Below are positions 52,134-62,100 of a DNA stretch of 64,000 nucleotides, one piece after another. The notes below the pieces were generated by a model. It ran no database searches and was not told where the DNA came from. It saw only the letters and a program-made list of their open reading frames with translations. The number at the start of each line of letters is the position of its first letter. Position 1 is the first letter of the stretch. Source of the DNA: a virus; the IMG/VR virus record IMGVR_UViG_3300010354_000050, positions 32,001 through 96,000 of that record. One strand, written 5' to 3'. Position numbers and translations under genes: made by a program.

Positions 52134-53438
52134 ATGAAAAAATCTATTAAAAGAATACCCCACCCTAGCGGAAAAGATGAAAATGTAGGAGGATTGTTTT
52201 CTAAAGAATTTATTGTAGATATGGAAGTTGGAAGGCTCTCTAGCGATAGTCCATTAGCCCAACGTGCTATTGATATTGCCAACAGTACCTCCTATTGGAA
52301 CTCTATTAGGAAGAGGGTTACAGAAAGGATCTACGTACCTACAGAAAACCCACTAGATAGTGACAACAAAGCCAATATCACTATCCCTAACATTCTCCCC
52401 CATGGCACCGTTACCAGAAGAACTGTAGAACCTATGATGGTTACAATGTGTTCTACAAAGCCAAATAGGATAGGTACAGAACTTAAGACAAGGATCAAAG
52501 CCCCTAAAGGTTGGAAAATTGTAGGTGCTGACTTTGACGGTCAAGAGTTACAAATTGCTTCTACCTATGCTGACAAGTGGGAAGGTGGGTTCATTGGAGC
52601 TTCTCCTATGACCTACATTATTCTAGCAGGTAGTAAGGATAAAGGTACAGATGCCCATACCTTGCTATCTAAGAAAATCAATACAGATAGAGATACGGCT
52701 AAGGGTGTAGGCTTTGCTATCTTGTATGGTGCTGGTTCATTAACTATTGCTAACACTATCAAGAAAAAGTTCAAAGATCGTCATGAAGCTGAACTAAGAG
52801 GTTTTGGTGAAGAGGCAATTAAGTTCAAGAAAGGTTTGAAAGATTCTGAAGGTTACTACTATGGTGGAACCGATTCAGGTTGCTACAATTTCATGGAAAA
52901 CATTGCCTTACGTTCCAGAATCCCTACTTTACCTTGTCTAAAAACTAAAATTTCTACTGCATTGAGGCCAAATGTAGTCGATAATAAATTTGTTACAGGT
53001 AGGGTCAACTGGACTATTCAGGCTTCGGGTGCAGAAGTTTTATCTATTTTCCTAACTTCCGTTCACTGGTTAGCAAGTTATTTCAAGATTCCTGCCCAAT
53101 TCATCATCAGTATCCATGATGAGACTTGGTTCATGGTTCCTGAAAAGTTTGCTGAGCAATTTTGTGTCATCTTTCAAATGGCCCATTTGTATACCTGGTC
53201 AAGGTTTCATTATGGTGTAGGAATTAATGATCTCCCCCTTAGTCGAGCATTCTTTTCTTCAGTAGCTATTGATGAGAGGATCAGGAAAACACCAAAAGAA
53301 AAAACTATTACTCCCTCCCACCCTGAAGGAATTAATGAACCCTCTGGTGAAGAATTTTCTATGAAGCAAATGGATGAACTTGGTTGGGTGAAGAAGTTAG
53401 GAACAAGAAAACAGCTTATTGAAAAAGGAATTTTGTGA
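52134..53438 (+). CDS. Pol-gamma-like family A DNA polymerase, C-terminal (polymerase) part
   Basis: PHPSG..NVG, GTVTRRTVE, RIGTELK, VGADFDGQEL (motif A), RDTAKGVGFAILYGAG (B), RVNWTIQASG, SIHDE (C). Confidence 0.92.
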   Translation: MKKSIKRIPHPSGKDENVGGLFSKEFIVDMEVGRLSSDSPLAQRAIDIANSTSYWNSIRKRVTERIYVPTENPLDSDNKANITIPNILPHGTVTRRTVEPMMVTMCSTKPNRIGTELKTRIKAPKGWKIVGADFDGQELQIASTYADKWEGGFIGASPMTYIILAGSKDKGTDAHTLLSKKINTDRDTAKGVGFAILYGAGSLTIANTIKKKFKDRHEAELRGFGEEAIKFKKGLKDSEGYYYGGTDSGCYNFMENIALRSRIPTLPCLKTKISTALRPNVVDNKFVTGRVNWTIQASGAEVLSIFLTSVHWLASYFKIPAQFIISIHDETWFMVPEKFAEQFCVIFQMAHLYTWSRFHYGVGINDLPLSRAFFSSVAIDERIRKTPKEKTITPSHPEGINEPSGEEFSMKQMDELGWVKKLGTRKQLIEKGIL

Positions 53439-53702
53439 TGAAGAACACAATAAAAATTGGCCCTTATTTAGTTTGTTTTGAAACTAACCCTGGTGGAATA
53501 GGGAAACTTTTCTACTTCTATCAGCCTAATGATCCACCAACCAAGCAAAAATTAGCTTTTGCTATAACTATTTTAGAAAGAATTTATGTCGGAGAAGAAG
53601 ATACAGGACTAGAAGTTCATCAAGCTTTACAAATACTTCTTCTAGGTCTTTGCTTGACAATTGCTAAGATCTAAACCGTTGTTGTCTATTAACTTAAACA
53701 AG

Positions 53703-54290
53703 ATGTCTAAACTACTCATTGTTGTATCTGGCCCTGATCGTGTAGGGAAATCGACTTTAATTGACACTTTAATGTTTTATAAGGGTTTTTCTGCTAAAAA
53801 CTTTTATGTAAAACACCATAGCAAACCGCCGCTAGATTATGATAATGTCTATGACTATCACAAAGATAGTGTCAAAGGTTGGCTTGAATCGGGTAAGCAA
53901 TATGCAATTTTCGACCGTTCCTGGCCTTGCACCTACATTCTGGAACGTCTAAGGGATGGAAATACAGGCCATTTTGATCAACTTATTGATTTTGAAATTG
54001 AATTGTACGATTTGATGGAGAAGAAAGAAGCAAAAGTTGTTCACCTAGGTATTACAAAACCTTGGCATTGGTCTGGGCCACATCATTTGAAGGAACTCAG
54101 GGAGTTTTACGGATCAGATAAGAAAAGAGCAATTAGGGATAACTACATTGTTAGGATGCAAGAACATGAAAATTATTTGTCAGAATTGGTAAATTTCTGT
54201 AATCAAATTACACTTTTCCCATCCTTGTTTCTAGAATTTCCTGAGGTAAATGAAGTTTGGGATTCAATCTATAATACTATTGGTAGTTAA
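53703..54290 (+). CDS. Thymidylate/nucleotide kinase-like P-loop protein
   Basis: LIVVSGPDRVGKST and IFDRS. Confidence 0.7.
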   Translation: MSKLLIVVSGPDRVGKSTLIDTLMFYKGFSAKNFYVKHHSKPPLDYDNVYDYHKDSVKGWLESGKQYAIFDRSWPCTYILERLRDGNTGHFDQLIDFEIELYDLMEKKEAKVVHLGITKPWHWSGPHHLKELREFYGSDKKRAIRDNYIVRMQEHENYLSELVNFCNQITLFPSLFLEFPEVNEVWDSIYNTIGS

Positions 54291-54551
54291 GATGTTCCCG
54301 CCTAGCAAAGATCCTCTCTTCTTATTAGTTGCAGCTAAGGATTGGAAGGAGGATGTTGAAGAAAGGCTTGAGATAGGGAGGGTAGAACAAGCTAAGGAAA
54401 GCTTGCAAGAAGCTATCTTAACCTATAATCAATTGCCACCCGGTTACAAAGACCTAGACCTAGAAGAACAATTAGCAAAATTGTCCTCAAAAGTCTATAA
54501 TAGGTTGAATGGTAAATTACCATTGTAGTTATTTTTATTGGAATTAAACAG

Positions 54552-54926
54552 ATGAGTGGAGTAAAAGTTCTTAGAAGGGGTGAAGATTCCCCCCAATCTG
54601 ATGATCAAGGTTCTGTTTCCTCTACCTCGAAGACATCAGAAGTCTTTTGTGCAACCCTTAGCACTGGTCAGGAAATTTGCATCAGACCCATGAAAGCGTC
54701 TGACATTATGTGGATGGAAACTTTAGACAGAGGTAAGGAGCCTGTAGGGGATGTTCAAAAATCCTTGAAGCTAGTTGCCAGGTTGTCTACAAAAACCCAA
54801 CACCCCATTACTTTCCCTTTCCTAATGGATTTGTCCATGCCAGATCTTAAAATTGTAACAGATCTGTTGGCAAAGGCAAGTGGGACTAAGGAAGAAGAAG
54901 TTGACGATTTTGACCCAAACTTCTAA
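54552..54926 (+). CDS. Tail assembly chaperone (G-like)
   Basis: ICIRPMKASD...LMDLSMPDL; ends in slippery heptamer CCCAAAC. Confidence 0.7.
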   Translation: MSGVKVLRRGEDSPQSDDQGSVSSTSKTSEVFCATLSTGQEICIRPMKASDIMWMETLDRGKEPVGDVQKSLKLVARLSTKTQHPITFPFLMDLSMPDLKIVTDLLAKASGTKEEEVDDFDPNF

Positions 54927-55366
54927 AAACCACTGCTACTGAAGATTTCTCTTACATAGTAGAATTAGGGGAAAAAATTACCTTGAACATAAGGGAATTG
55001 ACCCCTAAAGACTACTACCTTGTAAGTTTAATTCAAAATGATTACCCGGATATGTCTTCTTTAGTATTTAATTTCCTCCTGTTACAAAAGTTAGCCAATA
55101 TTACTGAAGAAGAATTAGATCAAATTCCTGTATATTTCTTCAAACCTTTGTTCAAATGGATCAATGATGAAATACTGGAAGGGAAGGTAATGACAGTAGA
55201 ACAGTGGTTATCCCTGGCTTTTCACCTTTGCAAACAAAGATGGGATCAATCAATAGACTGGTTAGAGCAACAGCCTGTCAGCAAAATCCTACTTATGTTG
55301 AAAATTCAATCAGATTTTGTTGAAAAAGAAAAGCAAGAAATGAAAAAATCAGCAAGGAAGAAATGA
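54914..55366 (+). CDS. Tail assembly chaperone extension (T-like), reached by -1 frameshift
   Basis: The -1 frame is open from 54914 into the 54983-55366 ORF. Confidence 0.7.
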   Translation, partial: PKLLKTTATEDFSYIVELGEKITLNIRELTPKDYYLVSLIQNDYPDMSSLVFNFLLLQKLANITEEELDQIPVYFFKPLFKWINDEILEGKVMTVEQWLSLAFHLCKQRWDQSIDWLEQQPVSKILLMLKIQSDFVEKEKQEMKKSARKK

Positions 55367-55728
55367 TAAGCTTTGAAGTTAGTTTTCCAGAGTTTGATCC
55401 AAACTGGTTGCAAAAGTGTAAAGATGAAATAGTTAAGGTTGTCGAAGAGGAAAACAGATCTTCTTGGAAGCAGGAACAAAACCCCACTACAGGTGCAAAA
55501 TGGCCCCCTAGGAAACAGCCTACAGGGTCATGGCCTTTGCTTAACAAGACTGGGAGAATGTTTAGCCAGACTAAGTTTGAAGCTAAGGGAAGTGGTAACT
55601 CTTTACCTATAAAAGCACAATTTCCTTTTTATGGCCAATTCCACCAGAACAACAGACCTTGGTTAGGGGTTCCTCCTTCCTCTAGCCCAAAGATCGGTCA
55701 AATCATTGCTAAAAATGTATTCAAGTAA
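55363..55728 (+). CDS. Phage virion morphogenesis / tail completion protein
   Basis: QNPTTGAKWPPRK...LLNKTGRM...YGQFHQ..RPWLG. Confidence 0.75.
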   Translation: MISFEVSFPEFDPNWLQKCKDEIVKVVEEENRSSWKQEQNPTTGAKWPPRKQPTGSWPLLNKTGRMFSQTKFEAKGSGNSLPIKAQFPFYGQFHQNNRPWLGVPPSSSPKIGQIIAKNVFK

Positions 55729-56173
55729 TTTAGAAACTTTCAATTAACTACTTGACATTAGTAAAGTTCTTTGCTATAGTAGTTATGTAGTTGAAAAAAA
55801 AGGGGGAATAAGCCCATGATGATCTACAACCCTTCTATTGCCAATCCTGAAGCCGATCTTTCTCAAATTCCTGCATTTATTTTAGAAGATGGGGGAACGG
55901 TTTACTGGAATGCTCTTGACAAAGAGCAGTGTAAGGAATTTTTTGATTATGCTATGGGGTATATCTGGCAAGACAATGTAGGGTCTACTATGGCTTGCGA
56001 AATCCTTGGTTGCCTAGAAGACACTTATCCTGATTGGGTAGAGGAATTTGAAAATTTGTAAATAATCTAAAAGGAGACTTAAGTAAGTCTCCTTTTTTTA
56101 TTCATGGGTTTGTTGGTTGACAATAAACTAATAATGTTTTACAATAGGAAAAGTTAAGCAAAAGGCAATTCAG

Positions 56174-56767
56174 ATGGAATACCAAGAACCCTTGTTTAGT
56201 ATGTATGAAGAGTTAGAACAAGCTAAAACAGTTTATTCTGAACCTTTTGAAATTTTCCTTGTTGAAGCTGTTGAGTACCAAAATTCTGAAGGAGAAATCC
56301 AATATGATGCTGCAATTTTTAATTGGGATGCAGTAATCAAGAGTAGGGCTAAAGGTTTTAACTCCTTACCTGAATGCTTAGAAGCTCTGGCAGAAACCCA
56401 GTATGCCAAATTAATTGGTTGGGTGCCATGAGGTTGTTGTAATCTTTAGCAATCTTTTTCAACTCTAATACACTACATACAGTAAGCTTAATTTATAAAC
56501 AGTGGGATTTTTATGATCTGTGAAATTTACAGGGATAACTTTGAAATTTATGTTATTGAAGCTGTAGAGTATGAAGATGGGGAAGGAAAACTCAAATATT
56601 ATTCTAAGTTTACTACTCAAGAAGGAGTACCTATGTGTGAAGCAGTAGGTTTTAACTCCTTACCTGAATGCTTAGAAGCTCTAGCAGAGATTTCTATTAT
56701 CAAAGGAATCGGGTGGAAACCTTTAAGAAATTTTAGTGGACATTTTTCTAAAAGTGTAGTAGAATAA
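56174..56767 (+). CDS. Two tandem paralogous small proteins (56174-56431, 56513-56767)
   Basis: Shared FEI...EAVEY and GFNSLPECLEALAE, near-identical at the DNA level. Confidence 0.7.
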
Positions 56768-57077
56768 GATCAGTTAAGCAAAAGGAATACAACCAATGGC
56801 CCACACAATTACTTTTGAAGATGTTAAAGGTTTCCACAATGTTGTAGACCTTGCAGGGAGTTTTGGAAAAGACTCAAACAAAAAGCTTCAGGCTATCTTG
56901 AACCTGAATGAAGATGGAACTTTGGGATATAAGTTCCAAGTAAAGAGTAATAAGGAAGTTCAAGTCTCTACAGAAAACCTGTATCAGGCTGTATCCGTTT
57001 ATAACAGCTTGCCCTAAACTACATCGGGGAAACTCCTTGAGGAGTTTCCCCCTATTTAATCCCTAGGCTTTTATCTT

Positions 57078-57515
57078 ATGAATCTATTACCCGGAATGAT
57101 TTTTGAAATTGACGGTTCTCTGTGGGAATTTAGCTGTAATTACTTCCATGAAGCTGAATTTATAAATCCCACTAAACCATACAAGCTAAGTTTTTCCTTC
57201 AAGGATGAATTCAGTAAGGAAAAGGTTGAAAGTGTAAAAGGTCTTGACAACTACAAACTCATCTTTCACCCTAACCAAGAAATCTACAACAAGTTTGAAC
57301 AGATTGGTGAAAATCCTGAAATTGAAGAAGAAGGGGTTGAAACTATGTCTTATTTTTCTTTATTACGTAGTGATCTGGAAATTTACAGAGATAAATCTGG
57401 AAGCTTTGTTTTCTGCTATGTTTCAGGAGATGAAAATCATGAAATTAAATTTGATTTAGTTAATTCCTTAAAAGATTTGAATGATTGGGTTTTTGACATA
57501 ATTGTAGGTAATTGA
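57078..57515 (+). CDS. Hypothetical protein
   Basis: ORF track. Confidence 0.6.
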   Translation: MNLLPGMIFEIDGSLWEFSCNYFHEAEFINPTKPYKLSFSFKDEFSKEKVESVKGLDNYKLIFHPNQEIYNKFEQIGENPEIEEEGVETMSYFSLLRSDLEIYRDKSGSFVFCYVSGDENHEIKFDLVNSLKDLNDWVFDIIVGN

Positions 57516-58607
57516 AATGAAACTATACTCGGTTGAACGGAATTACAGAGAAAAGAGATATGTATCTTTTCCTAATCCAGCAGAATATGTTGTGGATAGA
57601 GCCTTATCTGGAGGCTCTGAATCTGAACAGTTAGTAAAAATCAGAGGTCTTATCTCCATCTTAACTGACAAACTTCTAGATGCAGGTTTACTAGAGCTAG
57701 AAGAGATTAAATATCTCTTTGAAGATAGCCCTGATGGCCCCTTCTACAAAACAAAAGAAGAGGCAGACAAATGAAATAACCTTCTTCAAGGTTAATTTCA
57801 AAGAAAAGAGCTTGGCTATAAGTTCCTTTTTTTATTGGAAAGTTTACTTACCTTGACAAAAATTGAGAAAATGAACACCATGCCTTAGCAGATGCCCAGT
57901 GAAATAAAGGAGCTTGGGGTTTATGTCTAAGTTTAGTTGAAAGAATGATAAGTAAACTTTGTGAAAAAATAGTTGACAACCTTTAGCTAATCTGGTATAC
58001 TACATGTAGTTGAGTTTGGAAATTGCCAATGGCTACTGTATTTACTAAAGAAATCCCCGCCACCTATCAAGAAGAATGGGAAACCGGAGAGTACTACCAG
58101 GCTATTACAGAATTTGGACTAGAGTTTGGTAAAGGAGTATTTACCATTTACCAGAATGGAACTTGCCCTCTGAACTTCCCTTCTTTCTGTAGCGTAGAAA
58201 GGGAAAAATACCCCCTTCACCTTCAACGGGCTAATAGAGCTTATGAAATTGCTACTGAAATCCTGGTAGCAAATATGTAAAACAGTAGAATTAGAAAAAG
58301 AAGGGAGATTTCTCCCTCCTTTTTTTATTGACAAAAATCTTTTCCCAAGTTAAAGCAGGACTATTCCTACATTTAGAATCCTCAAAGAACTAATAGATAA
58401 GTTTGCCAAGCTTGTTAGTCAGTTAGTTAGTAAATCAACATTACTTTTCAGGTAGGCTCTAGTAGCCTACCTTTTTTTTATTAAGGAAGATGCTCAAGCT
58501 TATTGGCTAAGAAGGTAGTCTTAGAATTAGTCTAGGCTTTCTTATTCTGATACTCATTGCTAAGTTGGTAAGGGGTAAATTTCTATTAAATTCTAATATG
58601 GTTTCAA

Positions 58608-58997
58608 ATGGCTAAAACAAGAATTTGGCAAGAAGGAGATAGTTGGTCAAAGGTTGCCTATTTAGAAACCTTTGATTCAAGAAATTTTAGGAAAATCTTA
58701 AAACTAAACCCTAGTTTTGACATTAGAACTTACCCAGCACCAGGAGTTCCAATTTTAGTAAGTCAATCTGGAGTAGGTTCAAAAGGCGTAGGAACTATCA
58801 ACCAACTTGATCTAACATTAGACCTGAGAAGATCAAATTCAAATTCCAACCTAAGAGATAGCATCTATCCTTGGGAAACGCTTTCAGAATTTACCTCAAG
58901 ATTAACTGAATATACAGCCGCAGCACTTCTACAATCAGATAGAACCAACGGATTTAGTCTAGATTCACCCCAAGCACTAAGGGGGCCAAGAAAATAA
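58608..58997 (+). CDS. LysM / tail X-like baseplate protein
   Basis: WQEGDSWSKVAY...ILKLNP...PGVPILV. Confidence 0.65.
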   Translation: MAKTRIWQEGDSWSKVAYLETFDSRNFRKILKLNPSFDIRTYPAPGVPILVSQSGVGSKGVGTINQLDLTLDLRRSNSNSNLRDSIYPWETLSEFTSRLTEYTAAALLQSDRTNGFSLDSPQALRGPRK

Positions 58998-59182
58998 ATA
59001 TCAGGATTTGGGTAATATAGTCTGTAGGTCAAAGGGTATAGACAGAAACTTTAAGCTTAATATTTCCTTTTACCTTACATACTTGTTAGTTAAAACGTGG
59101 TTAGGCACTCCTACGGGAACCACGGGTGGATTTTCCGAAGCCACCAGTTGCCTAAACCCAAAAGAAGGAGAATTTATTCTAA

Positions 59183-62100
59183 ATGGCTACAATTTCCATT
59201 GGTAGAGGTGGTGCGCCCGGAACTTTTATCTACGAATCCGGTATTGCATCCCAAGCAGGTACAGCAAGTTTTAATACAGTTTATATGCTAGTAGAGGCTC
59301 CAAATGAAGCTTCTACTTTTGTTTTTCCATTCAATACTCCTCTTTTTGTAGGGAGTCTGAATGAATACGAGAATTTGATTGGTGGGATCCCTGCTTCTGG
59401 TGCAGAACTAGATTCCTACTATGCCGTCAAGAGCTTTTTCCAGCAAGCAAACATTGGTGATCTAAGGGTAATCAGGGTTGGCACCCCTAGTACTATTGTA
59501 CAAGTAGGTTTCAGTCCCTCTGCTAACAAGGATAATGGAGTTTCTGCTCCTACACCTTTGCTAAGAAATGATAAGGTCTACATCAAACTAGAAGTTAATG
59601 GTATTCGTCTTGGTGATGTAACACCTTCTGGTGCTTGGCTTGGCGTTCCTGTCACTATTCCTGTAGACTATGTGGCTGGAAGTGTTGACAACAATCTAAA
59701 GATCTCTAATGCTATTGTAAATGCAGTAGCAGAAGCTATTAAGACTAATGCAGATATTTCTTCTGGGATCTATGTCCGAGAAATTAAAACTGGAATCCCT
59801 TGTGCAGAATGTTCTAGTCTACATCTTGCCAACAGGGTATTCAATGGCCCAGTAGAAATTATCAACTATTCCGATGTAACAGGGAATCAATTCATCCTTG
59901 CTTCTTCTGGCTACAGCATTGATACTGTTTCTTTTTCAGAAGTTTCAGTTTACGACTGGATTCAGTGTGTCCAAACTAGCCTAGATGGTGCAAGTTTGCC
60001 TAAGGGTTATCTAATTGCTCCTGCTGCTTTCAAGAAGTACAAAAAAGCAGATAGGGTCAATCTTGGTCAAGCTATGGAAGAAGTTTGCTCTGTTATCAAA
60101 TGGATGGCCCTAGTAGATTGTGGCCCATTCAATGTAACAGATATTTCTGAATTTAGTTTGTTTGAAGAACATATTCCTGCTGACGGGTTCTTTCCCTCTG
60201 GCAAATATCTAATTAGCAATGCAATTTTTGAATGGATTTCTACTAATCCATTGCTTTTTACATCTGCTAATTACAAAGAAGATTCTGCCCTCCTATCTGC
60301 TAATAGAAACCTAGCTAATGGGCAAAGATTAGCCCTCAAGGATGATCGAAGAATTAATGTTGGTGTAGGTGCAAATACCTCAGGAAATTATCTAATTCTT
60401 GAAGAAAATTGGCCTTCTAACCTCAGGTCAGGCGAGTTAGTATTTATTGAAGCCTTTGATGCAACTCCTGTACCTACTCTGCCTTTGTATACAGATGCTT
60501 ATACCGACACCTACAACCAACCTCTTTCTGGCCCCTTTTACCTAATTGCCAAAGATGTTGATCCTACCCTAGAAGCCAATCAAATTAGACTGGCAACTTC
60601 TAAGGTAAGGGCACTAGGGAACATTTCTATTGATTTACTAACAGCGGGGACTCCCCAAGGTGGTGGATTAATTACTCTCACTTATGATAACCCTTCCTGG
60701 GAATTAGAAGTAGAAATTGATTCTAAAGTTTCTAGCTTAGTAGAATCCAAAGGTGCATCATTCAATTCCCTGCATTTGCCTGGTTCACTTCAAAAACCTA
60801 CTGCTGAATTTGATTTCAAAGCTACTATTAGGCAACTGACTAACCCCAGCTTGTCAATTTTCAAAGGTGGCATTTCCCTTTCCTACTTCAATTCTACCAA
60901 TGTAAATACTTCTACTGGAACCTTTACCATTCCTAACCATGGCTATGCTACTGGTGATATGGTAAATTACTACAGTTTACCAAGTGCGGCTGCTCCTGGT
61001 GGACTTTCCAGTTTTGCTACTTACTATGTTATTAGAATTGACAACAATTCATTAAAACTTGCTACTACTTTAGCAAATGCTAATGCTGGTACTTCAGTCA
61101 CCCTAACTACTACTGGGACAGATTCTTCAACTGTAAAATCTCCTTCTGGTGGCAGTGCCCAATCCATCCTTACTACTGGTGGAGATTGTCTGATCTTTTC
61201 TTCTGAACATGACATCAAAACAGCCGACAGGGTTTACTTTAATGCCAACATTCTATCACAAAATTCAGATATTGTCTTCAGAGGGTCAACAGAAACCTCA
61301 GTAACAACCTACTTTGCAAACTTAGTAGACAGAAACTTCTTTACTCTAGCTAACTCTAGTTCTAATTTAGCTGCTGGTGCTTTCATAGATTACCCTGTTT
61401 CTAATATTGGAACTACTGCTTCTCGACTGGTTTACAAGAAACTAGGAGTAACTCTAGATGGGGGAACCTTTACTGAATCTGGTCTAATCCGGTTTATTCG
61501 AGGGAGGAAATATCAACTAGATGTAACTTTAGCAGTTTTCCTAGTCAAAGATGAAGCAAATGTTTCTGTAGTATCTGGTGAAGATAATCCTTATGGTACT
61601 GCGTATACAGCCGACATTTCAACCGACTTACGGTTATCCTACAGTGAATTTCCTGTAGCACCCCCTGTCTTCAGAGTAGCGGCTGAAGATGTTAATGATG
61701 TTGACAGCGAATTTACTATTACTGGACATGGCTATCAAACTGGAGATTCTGTAACCATTGATGTTGCTCCTGATGCAATTCTGGCTGATGGCCTAGAAAA
61801 TTCTGTTACCTACTACATTATTAAAGTAGATAACAACACTGTTCAACTAGCAACTTCAGTAACCAATGCTGTTGCGGGGACTTTTATTTCTTTGGGAGAT
61901 GCAGGTACTAACAACTCCTTCGGAATTGAATTTTTTGTATCCTCTGCATCTTCTCCCTTTACTTTCCAATATACTGAAGACTTTGAATCTGCCCCACTAA
62001 ATTCAGCTAGTGATTTTGCAGGAGAAAACAATTTCTACTGTGTTCCTTTAACAACTGGAATCCAAGCTAATGCTTCTGTAGATAATGTCTACTTGCACTT

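Noticed and set aside
59008-59291. Short ORFs upstream of and overlapping the sheath start
   Set aside because: Weak starts, no RBS, and they overlap the structured leader and the true sheath start.
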